Part shown: piece after piece, positions 1 through 9,463 of the stretch | Numbering within the stretch: position 1 is the stretch's first letter | Layout: the number at the start of each line of letters is the position of its first letter | From: Planctomycetota bacterium | GTDB lineage: Bacteria > Planctomycetota > UBA1135 > UBA2386 | NCBI GenBank assembly: GCA_965228735.1 | Contig: OZ245838.1 | Location: forward strand, 1,408,001 to 1,472,000 | Reading direction: 5' to 3' | Length of the DNA: 64,000 bases | Made by a program: the position numbers and the translations under genes | Notes under the pieces: model-generated | What the model was told of the DNA's origin: nothing | What the model saw: only the letters and a program-made list of their open reading frames with translations | Databases searched by the model: none

Positions 1-2385
1 ATCGGCGCGGAAGCCGTTGCGGCTGCTGCTGCCCTGCTGGGCCTGGATCCGCAGCCCGGCAAACCCGGAGCGCGAATGCGACGAGCCGAGCTGCATGTCG
101 ATGGCGACGGCGAGGAAGTTCTTGCCGTTCTGGATCGCGTTGTTGCGCTTGGCCGAGACGAGACCGCGACCACCGGTCGGGAACTTGCCCTGGATCACGA
201 GCTTGCCGCCCTCGATCTTCGGCCGCAGGGTGCCCTCGTACCCGATATCCCAGACGCTGCCGAGATCCCGGCGCTCGAAGCCGTCCTCGAGCATCTCCTT
301 CTTCGCGTGCTCGTCGATCGCGATGCGCGTGTCGTCGGCCCAGAGCTTGAACGGGTCCTCCTTGCCGAGGTCCTCGCCCATGCGCAGCAGCACGGCGACC
401 GCGTCGTCCACGCGGCCGAGCGCGTAGTCGACGACGGCGAGCGCACCGCGCGCGAACAGCTTGTCGGTGTCGTTTTCCGCGACGTTCTGCGCCCGCATGA
501 ACGCGGCCCGGGCGCCGCGCTGGTCCGTGGCGGCGAAGTGCTGCAGACCCTGCATGATGTAGAGCTCCGCACGCTCGAGCGGTGCAAGCTGCACGGCCCG
601 ATCCGAGTAGCGCGCGGCATCGAGCGCGAGCTGCGCGGACTGGGCCCCGAACTCGATCACGGCGCGCTCGCCGAGCACCTGCGACTTCTCGACGATCGCG
701 TGCACGAAGTCGTCGTGATGCGCGAGCGCGTTCGACAGCGCCTCCTGGCTCTGGTCGAGCTGGCCGTTGAGCCGCATCGCGCGGCCGCGCAGGTACAGCG
801 AGTAGGCGTCCTGCGGGTTGGCCTCGAGCGCCCGGTCGGCCCACGCGAGCGACGCCTCGAAGTTGCCGATCCTCTGATAGAGCAGCGCCATGCCGCTCGC
901 GGCCCGGTGGCGCAGGAGCGGCGCATCGCGGTACACCTCGAGCAGCGCATCGCAGGCCTCCTGCCAGCGCTCGAGCCGCAGCAGGCACGCCGCCGCGCCG
1001 AGGCGCGCCTCGTTGCGTGCCCGGATGCCGGCCGACCCCACGCCCTGGAACAGCCCGAGCGCCCGCTCGACCTCGCCGGCGGCGTAGGCGATCGCGCCGT
1101 CGAGCACCGGCGGCGCGATCGTCGACGCGACCTCGGAGCGCGCATCGCGCGCGCCCTGCACGTCGCCCACCGCGAGCCGGCACGACACGATGATGCGCAC
1201 GACCCGCGACTTCTCGGTGTTCTGCTGCAGCGCGCCGAAGTGGCGCTCGGCGCGGTCGGCGAACGCCACGGCCTCGCCGCTGCGCTCCTGATCGAGCAGG
1301 AACTCGGCGAGCGACGCGAGGCTGCCCGCGTCGTTCGGCGTGAGCTCGACGGCCCGCCGCAGGTTCTGCTCCGCGTCGACGCGCAGCCCGAGGCGGGCCT
1401 GCAGCCGGCCGAGGCTCTCGTAGCGGAACGACGTCTCGCGCAGTTCGCCAGTCATGCCCATGAGCAGCTGCAGCTCCTGCTGCACGTCGCCCATGGCCTG
1501 CAGCACCCGCTGCTGCCAGCGCAGACCGCGCAGCTCGCCCTTGGCGATCGCGGTGATCTCCTTGGCCTGCTCGAGCGCGTCCTCGTAGACGGACACGTCC
1601 TCCTTGGCCCACTCGAGCAGGTCGACGATCAGCACCTCGCGTTCGTCGACGCCGCTGTAGCCGGACGGGATCGCGCGGCGCCGGCGCTCGATCTCGTTGC
1701 GCAGGTTGTCCGCCAGCGCGATCCGCTCGACCACACCGCTCGTCGGGTTCGAACCGACGAACTCCACCTCGTTGCCGAGTTGGCCCTTGCTGACGCGGTA
1801 GACGCGGATCCGAACCACGACGTCGCTGAAGTCGGTGAGCTTCTCCGCGTCGAACTTGTTCATCCCGTCGACGGACACGAATCCGAAGAGCGGGTTCCGC
1901 ATGCCGGCCTGCCAAACCCGATCGTAGGTCTTGGCGGCCTGCTCCCGCATCTGCTCCGGGTCGGGCGGCCCCTCGACCGCCGTCGGATCCTGGGTCTCGT
2001 CCTCGCTCGGGGTCTCGGCCGCGGTCTCGGACACGGTGGCGCCCTGCGCAACGCCACCGTCCATCGCAAGCCGCACGAGATTGCGATAGTCGAACCCGGT
2101 CGGCAGCGGCAGCGCCGCGACCGACGCGGGCGAACGCGGCGGGAAGTCGAGATCGCGCGGCGGCAGCGGTCGGGTCTCGCGCGGCTGCGTGAACAGGTCG
2201 CGGCGCGTCGGCACGGGCGCGTCGGTCTCGACGAGCGGCGCCTTGGCTACGGGCATGACCTCGAGGTCCGTCGGGTTCGGGAGCCGCCCCTGGAGCACCA
2301 CGGCACCCTGCATGTAGGCGTAGACCCCGTAGGCGCCGAGCAGGATCGCGATCAGCGCGAGGACTTGTTCTTTCTTCAGACTCAC
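1..2385 (-). CDS. Membrane-anchored TPR-repeat protein, 3' end runs off the window (>795 aa)
   Basis: Missing from the ORF track because it has no stop in the window. GTG start overlaps the upstream stop (GTGA). Reads MSLKKEQVLALIAILLGAYGVYAY (TM), then helical TPR-like segments (AEQNLRRAVELTPND, ALEANPQDAYSLYLRG). Confidence 0.75.
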   Translation of the reverse strand, partial: MSLKKEQVLALIAILLGAYGVYAYMQGAVVLQGRLPNPTDLEVMPVAKAPLVETDAPVPTRRDLFTQPRETRPLPPRDLDFPPRSPASVAALPLPTGFDYRNLVRLAMDGGVAQGATVSETAAETPSEDETQDPTAVEGPPDPEQMREQAAKTYDRVWQAGMRNPLFGFVSVDGMNKFDAEKLTDFSDVVVRIRVYRVSKGQLGNEVEFVGSNPTSGVVERIALADNLRNEIERRRRAIPSGYSGVDEREVLIVDLLEWAKEDVSVYEDALEQAKEITAIAKGELRGLRWQQRVLQAMGDVQQELQLLMGMTGELRETSFRYESLGRLQARLGLRVDAEQNLRRAVELTPNDAGSLASLAEFLLDQERSGEAVAFADRAERHFGALQQNTEKSRVVRIIVSCRLAVGDVQGARDARSEVASTIAPPVLDGAIAYAAGEVERALGLFQGVGSAGIRARNEARLGAAACLLRLERWQEACDALLEVYRDAPLLRHRAASGMALLYQRIGNFEASLAWADRALEANPQDAYSLYLRGRAMRLNGQLDQSQEALSNALAHHDDFVHAIVEKSQVLGERAVIEFGAQSAQLALDAARYSDRAVQLAPLERAELYIMQGLQHFAATDQRGARAAFMRAQNVAENDTDKLFARGALAVVDYALGRVDDAVAVLLRMGEDLGKEDPFKLWADDTRIAIDEHAKKEMLEDGFERRDLGSVWDIGYEGTLRPKIEGGKLVIQGKFPTGGRGLVSAKRNNAIQNGKNFLAVAIDMQLGSSHSRSGFAGLRIQAQQGSSSRNGFRAD

Positions 2386-3194
2386 TTCGGCGACTCCTTG
2401 AACGCGATGCCGGTCAGGGTCCCTTGCACGACCACGGGCTCACCGATCTGCTCGGGCTGCTGCATCTGCACGTTCTCGACCACGAGCGTGCGCCCCGGCT
2501 CGCGACACGATTCGAAGAACCGCGTGAGCGTCGCGGCGTCAGCTTCGAACTTGAACGCCACGCGCTCCTGTTCGACGTAGTCCGCGAGGTCGACGCCGTC
2601 ACGGCCACCGCGCCGGAACCGCGGCCGCGACGACCGCTTCCGGACGTCGGCCCGCAGCTGCAGGATCGAGCGCAGCCCGACCGCGTCGGGATCGGCGGCG
2701 AACGCCGCGTCGTGCGCCGCGAACAGGCGCTTCGTCGCCTCGTCCAGCAGTTCGATCGCGAACATCACGCGCTTGATCTCGTCGACGCTGGAGGGCACCG
2801 GCCACTGGATCTCGCGCTCGGTCACCTCGACGTTGCGCTCGTTGGCCCGATCGGCGATCGCGGCCTTGAGCTCCCGGCTCTTCTCGAACAGCAGACTGCC
2901 CGCGTCCTGCCCGGCCGCGACCTGGTAGTCCGCGCCGCGCTCGAAGGCCAGCACGCTCTCGAGTCGCTGGCGCTCGGCCTGCAGCGCCTCCTGCTCGGCG
3001 AGCAGATCGTCCTGCGCGTTCTTGCCGTAGAGCTCGCGCGGCAGCTGGTTGCGCATCCGCGACAGTCCGCTGCGCGCCGCCGCCGGATCGTAGATCGACT
3101 CGATCACGGCTTGCCCGATGAGGAACAGGATGAACCCGACCACCACGCCGATCAGCCAGCGCTTGTTCTCCTGCACGAATGCTCCGATGTCCAT
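2382..3194 (-). CDS. PilO/GspM-like bitopic membrane protein (putative)
   Basis: N-terminal TM, coiled coil, C-terminal ferredoxin-like pattern (VAFKFEAD...FFE...LVVENVQM); lies directly after pilMN. Confidence 0.55.
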   Translation of the reverse strand: MDIGAFVQENKRWLIGVVVGFILFLIGQAVIESIYDPAAARSGLSRMRNQLPRELYGKNAQDDLLAEQEALQAERQRLESVLAFERGADYQVAAGQDAGSLLFEKSRELKAAIADRANERNVEVTEREIQWPVPSSVDEIKRVMFAIELLDEATKRLFAAHDAAFAADPDAVGLRSILQLRADVRKRSSRPRFRRGGRDGVDLADYVEQERVAFKFEADAATLTRFFESCREPGRTLVVENVQMQQPEQIGEPVVVQGTLTGIAFKESPK

Positions 3195-3209
3195 CTGGGT
3201 ATCTCCCTG

Positions 3210-4826
3210 CTACTCCGTGCCGCCGAAACGGACCTTGAACTCGAATGGCAGCGTGTCGTCCACGCTGACGCCCCCGGTCTGGTCCACGGCCGCTCCGACC
3301 GCCTCGAGATCGGCCTTCACCCGCTTGTAGAACTCGATGTAGACCTCGTTGACGTCCACACCGTTGATCTCCTTGCCGACGCCCTTGACGGTGATCGTCG
3401 TGCCCTTCGGCGCGTTGCGCGAACCGCCGCTCTTGCTGCCGACGTCGAACTTCTCGATCCACAGCTGCGGCGGCAGGTGCTCGGCGAGCGCGCGCTGCAC
3501 GCGCAGCAGCCCGTTGAGCGGCACCGCCTGCGCGCTGAGGTGATCGACGAGGGCGCGCGCGACCTTGTTCTCCTCGATGAGCGACTCGGCCGCGGAGTGC
3601 ACCGACCGCGCGCGGTTGATCGCCGCGCGTTCCCGACCAGCCGCTGCGGCGGCCGCCTCATAGGTCTCCTTGCTCTTCTGCATGATGAAGACCAGCAGCC
3701 CGATCGCGACGAGCGCGGCGAGGATGTTCCAGACCGTGCGCTGCTGGAACTGCTGCTTCTTGCGCACCGACTCCGGCAGGATCGCGAGCTCGTAGAGCGT
3801 GTCGTCGAGCTGCCCCGCGGCGAGCCCGAGGGCGACGACGGCCTCGTAGCGCATCTCCTGCAGCTGCTCGGCGTCCTCTTCGGGCAAGCCCGACAGGTCG
3901 AGGTTGGCGAACGGGTCGAACAGTTCGACCGGGCACCGCAGCTGTTCGCGCAGCATGCCGCGCACGCCGCGCAGGCGCGCGCCGCCGCCGCTGAGCAGCA
4001 CGCGGTCGAGCCGCAGGTCCTGGATCTTGGTCTGCGCCTTGCAGAACGACAGCGAACTCTGGATCGCCGCGCTGATCGAGGTCGCCGCGCCGCCGACGGC
4101 CATCGTGACCTTCTCGGCCTGGCCGCTCGCGTAGCGCCCGCGCGACGCGGGATCGAGGTCGAGCAGGTCCTTCTTGAGCGTCTCGGCCTTGCGCGCGCCG
4201 ACGTTGAACGACGCCGCGATCGCGTCGTCGAGCGCCTTCGTGCCGGTCGTCAGGTTGCGCGCGAACAGCAGGTCGGTGCCGCGCACGAGCGCGATATCGA
4301 TCGTCTCGTGGCCGATGTTGGCGAGACAGACGACGGTGTCGGGCTCGACCGGGCCGCATTTGAGGAACGCGTTGTAGAGCGCCGTGCAGTTGGGCGTGAA
4401 CGCGCCGGCACCGCCGCCCGCGTCCTTGAGGTCGCCCTCCATGCGCTCGAGGCTCTCGTCCTTCGCGAGCGCGAGCAGGATCGTCTCGACCTCACCCTCG
4501 GGATCCTCGATCGGCAGCAGGTTGTAGTCGGCCGACAGCGAACCGCCCGACTGCTGCGACAGGTCCTGGATCTCGAGATCCATGAGGTTGCGCAGCTGCC
4601 AGTCCGGCGTCGGCGGCACCTGACTGTAACGCAGCGTCATGTCCTTGCCGGCGAGGCCGCACACGACGTCCTTGAGCGGAATGTCCGACTCGGCGAGCGA
4701 CACCGGGTTCTCGCCGCGCGGCAGACCCGCGAAGCGCGTGACGCGCAGGCCGTGCTTCGTGGTCTCCGCGACGAGCACCTTGGCCGAGTGATGGCCGATG
4801 TCGACGGCAGTGGATTTCTTGGCCAT
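3210..4826 (-). CDS. pilM: Type IV pilus assembly protein PilM fused to a PilN-like C-terminus
   Basis: Actin-like motifs AVDIGHHSAK, ANIGHETIDI, VLLSGGGARLRG, FDPF; then LAILP motif, a TM helix and PilN-like LPPQLWIEKF. Confidence 0.85.
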   Translation of the reverse strand: MAKKSTAVDIGHHSAKVLVAETTKHGLRVTRFAGLPRGENPVSLAESDIPLKDVVCGLAGKDMTLRYSQVPPTPDWQLRNLMDLEIQDLSQQSGGSLSADYNLLPIEDPEGEVETILLALAKDESLERMEGDLKDAGGGAGAFTPNCTALYNAFLKCGPVEPDTVVCLANIGHETIDIALVRGTDLLFARNLTTGTKALDDAIAASFNVGARKAETLKKDLLDLDPASRGRYASGQAEKVTMAVGGAATSISAAIQSSLSFCKAQTKIQDLRLDRVLLSGGGARLRGVRGMLREQLRCPVELFDPFANLDLSGLPEEDAEQLQEMRYEAVVALGLAAGQLDDTLYELAILPESVRKKQQFQQRTVWNILAALVAIGLLVFIMQKSKETYEAAAAAAGRERAAINRARSVHSAAESLIEENKVARALVDHLSAQAVPLNGLLRVQRALAEHLPPQLWIEKFDVGSKSGGSRNAPKGTTITVKGVGKEINGVDVNEVYIEFYKRVKADLEAVGAAVDQTGGVSVDDTLPFEFKVRFGGTE

Positions 4827-4829
4827 GCC

Positions 4830-6788
4830 TCAGTCCTTCCCCGCTTCGGCGGACAGGTGATTCTCAGTGTAGTCGGCGACGAGCTTGGCGAGCTCCGGCT
4901 GCCCGGCCTTCGTGAACGCGTTGGCCAACGCCTGCAGTCGTTCCAGTTCGGCCCCCTGCTGCTCGGCATCGAGCGCAGCGAGCCGCGCGTTGGCCTTGTC
5001 GCGCAGTTCGGCGGCGACCGGCCGCGCCTGCATCGGCGCTTCGCCGTAGAGCTCGTGCAGCCGCTCAACGCCGGCCCGAACGCGCGCGAATCCGCCGCGC
5101 GTGTCGAAGAACTCGGCTTCGTTGAGGTCGCGCTGCAGCGCGGCGACCCGATCGTCGAGCCCCGCGAGGATCTCGCCGCGCAACGTCGACGCCTCGCGCA
5201 GGACCTCGCTGCTGTGGGGTGCCTCCTGCTGCAGTTGATCGAGCAATGCCAGCGCCGCGGCCGGATCGTTCGCGTCGCGCCTGGCGCTCGCCTGCCGGAA
5301 CAGCTCGCCGCCCTGTTGCTTCTGCGCGCGGAAGCCGACGACGAAGTCGACCTCGGTGGCCGCGACGTCGACCCGGTACAGGCCACCGCCGAGCTGACGC
5401 GTGACGGCGCAGGGCGCCGCCGTGCGCAACAGCACGCGCGTCCTCTTACCGCCGACGAGCAGCTCCACGAGCTGATCGTTGCCGGCCGCGGCCACGGAAG
5501 CGAACGGCCCGCCGCTCGCCCTGCGCGCGAGCACCTGACCAGCAGCGTCGGCCGGAAAGACGAACCGCATGCCGGTGACGTCGCCGCCGCTCACGGCCAA
5601 TGCGATGTGGCGCTCCTCGGCCGTTGCCGTGAGGCTCGCGCCCAGATCGGACAACACGCAGAGATCGGCCGCGTGCAGCTGCCGGAACGCCGCGGGCACG
5701 GCACTCGGCGCCAAGCCGGCGAGCGTGACCTCCGCCGACTGCACGAACAGCGCGCAGCCGGTGCCCGTCGCGGTCTGACCGCCTTCTTCGATCGTGATCT
5801 GCGTCGGTTCCGCAGCCCCCGCCTCGGTCACCGCGACGTCGTCGACGTAGGCCACCGAGTCGCCGTCGGGCAGCAGCGCGACGACTTCGAGCGTGAGCTG
5901 ATCGCAGCCCGGCGGCACCGCGAGCTGCACCTCGACGCGCTCCCAGCCGGCGTGCGCCGCGATCGCGCTGCCGCTGCGAAAGCGCAGCAGGCCGGTCTCG
6001 TCGCGGCTCTGCGAGAACACCGCGCGGACCCCGGCGAGCGCCTTCCCCTCGGTCCGCAGGTGGGCCGCGATCGTGAGGCTGCGACCCGACAACACGGCGA
6101 CCGGCTCGGTCGGCGACGCGATCGCGTAGTCGGTGTCGTTGCCTTCGACGCGCAGTGCCTCGAGCGCGCCCTTGCCGCTGTTGCTGAGCCCGCTCGCCTG
6201 GAACGCGAGGCCGTGCGCCCCGAGGTTCCAACCGTCGGGCGCTTCGCAGTTGCCGACGTCGCCGGGGAGCTTGTTGCCGCTGACGACGAGCGCCGCCTTC
6301 TGCTCGGCCGCGGGCACCCCGGGCGTCGCCGCGTTCTGCTGCTGGCTGTCCCACCAGAAGTAGCCGCCGACCCCACCCGCGACGAGCACGAGCAGCGCGA
6401 TGAGCGCGACCGGACTGCCGCGCTTCTGCAATCGACCGGCGTCGAGCCGATGCATCGACAGCTCTTCGCTGTCGGAGCTGCCGGCGGCGGGTTCGGAATC
6501 GTCGCCGAAGCGAACGCGCAGGCGCCCGATCGTGACGACGTCGCCGACGCTCAGAACGATCTCGGTGACGCGCTTGCCGTCGAGGAACGTGCCGTTCGTC
6601 GAACCGAGATCGCGCAGCACGTGCCGATCGCCTTCCATGACGATCTCGGCGTGCACGCCCGAGGTCTTCTCGTCCGCGAGAACGAGATCGTTCGCGGGCT
6701 TTCGACCGATACGCAACGCCCCGTCGGGAACGGGTAGAACCTCGCCAGCGCGATCCCCATCGAGGATCTCGAGGACGTATTTGACCAT
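4830..6788 (-). CDS. FHA-domain membrane protein with extracytoplasmic carbohydrate-binding-like and helical regions
   Basis: FHA motifs IGRKPANDLVL, SGVHA, DLGSTNGT; single TM (ALIALLVLVAGGVGGYFWW); CBM-like AYVDDVAV. Start trimmed to MVKYVLEIL. Confidence 0.8.
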   Translation of the reverse strand: MVKYVLEILDGDRAGEVLPVPDGALRIGRKPANDLVLADEKTSGVHAEIVMEGDRHVLRDLGSTNGTFLDGKRVTEIVLSVGDVVTIGRLRVRFGDDSEPAAGSSDSEELSMHRLDAGRLQKRGSPVALIALLVLVAGGVGGYFWWDSQQQNAATPGVPAAEQKAALVVSGNKLPGDVGNCEAPDGWNLGAHGLAFQASGLSNSGKGALEALRVEGNDTDYAIASPTEPVAVLSGRSLTIAAHLRTEGKALAGVRAVFSQSRDETGLLRFRSGSAIAAHAGWERVEVQLAVPPGCDQLTLEVVALLPDGDSVAYVDDVAVTEAGAAEPTQITIEEGGQTATGTGCALFVQSAEVTLAGLAPSAVPAAFRQLHAADLCVLSDLGASLTATAEERHIALAVSGGDVTGMRFVFPADAAGQVLARRASGGPFASVAAAGNDQLVELLVGGKRTRVLLRTAAPCAVTRQLGGGLYRVDVAATEVDFVVGFRAQKQQGGELFRQASARRDANDPAAALALLDQLQQEAPHSSEVLREASTLRGEILAGLDDRVAALQRDLNEAEFFDTRGGFARVRAGVERLHELYGEAPMQARPVAAELRDKANARLAALDAEQQGAELERLQALANAFTKAGQPELAKLVADYTENHLSAEAGKD

Positions 6789-7065
6789 ACGAATTAGAGG
6801 GGTCACGTCCGAGGGCCACGACAAGGCCGTGGCCTGCGAACGCCGGGATAGATGCCGGAGAGAGGGTCCGGTGGGGACCGGACGGGAGAACTTGGGGGCC
6901 AGACGCTTCCAGGAGCCGGACGCGCCCGCAACCGGCCGAGGGGCGGCGGCTGAGTGCGGACCCGCACAGGGTAACCGGAACCACCGTACCCGCAAGTGGA
7001 CGGATGCCCGAGGACCGGAAAAGACGGCGGGTTCGGGCGGCCCAGCGCTACAACCGGCCGACGGT

Positions 7066-7833
7066 ATGGCGCAGCGCTACTTCGTGGACGAGCTCCCCGA
7101 GCCCGGCTCCTTCGAGCTCACGGGCGACCTCGCGCACCATCTCCGCACCGTCCTGCGCAGCAAACCCGGCCAGGAGATCCGGCTCGCCGACGGCCGCGGT
7201 GGCACGGCCCGCGCCGGCATCGTCGCCGTGGATCGGCGCGCCGTGACGCTGCAGGTCGCCCCGAGCGAGCGGCAGCCCGCGCCCGCCCGGCGGCTGCACC
7301 TCGCGGTCTCGCCACCACGCAAGACCCGCGCCGACTGGCTGTTCGAGCACGGCACCGAGGTCGGCGTCAGCGTGTTCTGGCCGATCTGGACCCGCCGCAC
7401 GCGGCCGCAGGGCGAGAAGCCCGACCGCTGGGAACGACTCGTCCGGGCCGCCGCGGGCCAGTGTAACCGCGCCTGGCTGCCCGTCGTGCAGCCGGTCAGC
7501 GAGCTCGAAGACTTCCTGGCGCGCCGGGACCTGCCGGAGCAGCGTTACATCGCCGACCGCGACGGTGAGCTGCCGCCCGCGGTCGCGCCCGTTCTCACGG
7601 GCAGCGGGCCAGCTACGAGCAAGCCGCGCGACCGGGGCGACGTGCTCCTGCTCGTCGGGCCCGAGGGCGGCTTCGCGGCCGAGGAACGCGAGACCGCGCT
7701 CGCCGCGGGGTTCACGCCGCTGCGCCTCGGCAATCACGTACTGCGAACCGAAACCGCAGCACTCGTCGGCGCGGCGCTGCTGGGACTCGATCTCGACCGC
7801 CACACCGGCGCCGGCGCGCCGGACGATTCCTGA
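7066..7833 (+). CDS. rsmE: 16S rRNA m3U1498 methyltransferase RsmE
   Basis: HHLRTVLR, TEVGV, AAGQCNR, VGPEGGF, LGNHVLRTETAA motifs. Confidence 0.93.
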   Translation: MAQRYFVDELPEPGSFELTGDLAHHLRTVLRSKPGQEIRLADGRGGTARAGIVAVDRRAVTLQVAPSERQPAPARRLHLAVSPPRKTRADWLFEHGTEVGVSVFWPIWTRRTRPQGEKPDRWERLVRAAAGQCNRAWLPVVQPVSELEDFLARRDLPEQRYIADRDGELPPAVAPVLTGSGPATSKPRDRGDVLLLVGPEGGFAAEERETALAAGFTPLRLGNHVLRTETAALVGAALLGLDLDRHTGAGAPDDS

Positions 7834-8068
7834 GGGCCGCGCGTTTCGCCAGCCGCCGCCTGGGCCAGACAGCGAACTCCAACGCATTCGCTGATAGGCT
7901 ATCCGGCGGGAGTCCGCGTCGCGCGCAGGCTCCCACATTCGACCCAGCGGCCCGGATGGGCCGGTCGCACCGTCGGCAAACGGCTACGCCGGGCGCCGCC
8001 CGCGAACCGATACGACGGATTCGGAACCTGCGACCGCGCCCCCGCGTCCAATCGGGCGTTCGCCAGCC

Positions 8069-9439
8069 ATGCATCTGCAACCTGCCCTCGATTCCCCCGC
8101 CCTTCGTCCCGCCACGGGGCGCGTGGCCCTGACCGCGACCCTGCTCGCGACCGCCGCCGGCTTCGCGATCCCGGGCACCGGCCTGGCGCGCGCCCAGGCG
8201 CAGCCGTTCGATCGCGCGATCGTCGTATCCCAGCCCAACGTGGCCGGGTCGACCGTGGTCTGGGAGGTCGACCTGCAGACCGGCGCGTTCACCGCGCTGC
8301 CGCCGTTCTCGACGGACGCGTTCTCGCCGCTCGCCGTGGTCGCCGACCCGGTCGACAAGAGCCTGATCGTCGCGTTGGATCGCGGCACGCAGAGTCAGAT
8401 CATGCGGCGCCGCTACGGGGCCAACCCGACGGAGGCGCTGCTCGCGACCGTGCCCGGTCGCGTCGAAGACCTGCTCATCGACCGGTTCGGCGACGTCACG
8501 CTCGTCATCGGCGGCAGCGCGGGCGGCGTCTTCCGGCTCGACCGACTCACGGGCGCGCTCGCGACCGTGCGCAGCATGCCGTTCGCGACCGCTGCCGCGA
8601 CGCTGCAGGACCTCGCGTGGTACGCGGTGATCGGCACTTCTGGCGCGGCCAACCCACCGCGGGATCCGCAGCTCGGCAACCTCGACCTCGGGGACGGCGC
8701 GTGGCTGCAGGGCCCGACGACGCTCACGGGCTTCACGCCGCGCGGCATCGTCGGCATGGTCGACATGCCGACCGCGGTGCCGCGCCAGATCCTCGCGCAC
8801 GAGACCGGCGACATGTCGATCTACTCGTGGGGCACGGCGAGCAACCCGCTGCTCGCGACGGTCACGCCGACGCTGCCGCCCGGCGGCATCGCGGCGATGA
8901 AGGCGCACGGCGGCCCCGCGTTCGTGCTCGGCGGCGCGGTCAACCCCAACCTCTACACGTTCGATCCGACGACGGCGATCGGCGGCGGCGTCGCGCTGAC
9001 GATGGTCGCCGGGCCGCTGCCCGCGATCCCGGTCGACTTCACGATCATGCCGCTCGCTGCGGCCAGCCTCGTCACGTTCGGGCGCCCGTGCGGCGGCGCG
9101 GCCGAGCTGCGGATCGGGCAGACACCGAACGGTCCGCCCCAGCTCGGCAACGCGACGTTCGGCGTCGCCCTGCGGCAGGCGGAGCCGAACGGGTTGGCCT
9201 GGCTCGCGCTCGGCTTCGGCGAGACGACGTTCCCGTTCCCGAACGGTTGCGAGCTGCGCGTCACGCTCGACGCGGTCGTCGCGGCGCAGACGGACAGCAC
9301 GGGCGACGCGAGCGCCACGATCCCGATCCCCAACCTCGCGAGCCTGCTCGGCGTGCGGTTCTTCGGCGAATGGCTGCAGCCGGACAACCTCCTGCCGTTC
9401 ATGACGAGCGACCTCGCGCGGATCGAGATCGGTCTCTGA
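8069..9439 (+). CDS. Exported beta-propeller-like protein with the conserved C-terminal domain
   Basis: Signal peptide ending ARAQAQ; beta-rich repeats; C-terminal FGRPCGG...GCEL...IPIPN...Q...SD domain shared with 32044 and 34689. Confidence 0.7.
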   Translation: MHLQPALDSPALRPATGRVALTATLLATAAGFAIPGTGLARAQAQPFDRAIVVSQPNVAGSTVVWEVDLQTGAFTALPPFSTDAFSPLAVVADPVDKSLIVALDRGTQSQIMRRRYGANPTEALLATVPGRVEDLLIDRFGDVTLVIGGSAGGVFRLDRLTGALATVRSMPFATAAATLQDLAWYAVIGTSGAANPPRDPQLGNLDLGDGAWLQGPTTLTGFTPRGIVGMVDMPTAVPRQILAHETGDMSIYSWGTASNPLLATVTPTLPPGGIAAMKAHGGPAFVLGGAVNPNLYTFDPTTAIGGGVALTMVAGPLPAIPVDFTIMPLAAASLVTFGRPCGGAAELRIGQTPNGPPQLGNATFGVALRQAEPNGLAWLALGFGETTFPFPNGCELRVTLDAVVAAQTDSTGDASATIPIPNLASLLGVRFFGEWLQPDNLLPFMTSDLARIEIGL

Positions 9440-9463
9440 TCGCGTCGCACGGTGCGCGACGCG

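Noticed and set aside
76..6737. Very long plus-strand ORFs (834 and 1437 aa) and similar ones elsewhere (e.g. 18580-21792, 37212-40643, 47657-51889)
   Set aside because: Antisense shadows of real genes caused by high GC3. They are Arg/Ala-rich with no motifs, while the opposite strand has recognisable proteins.
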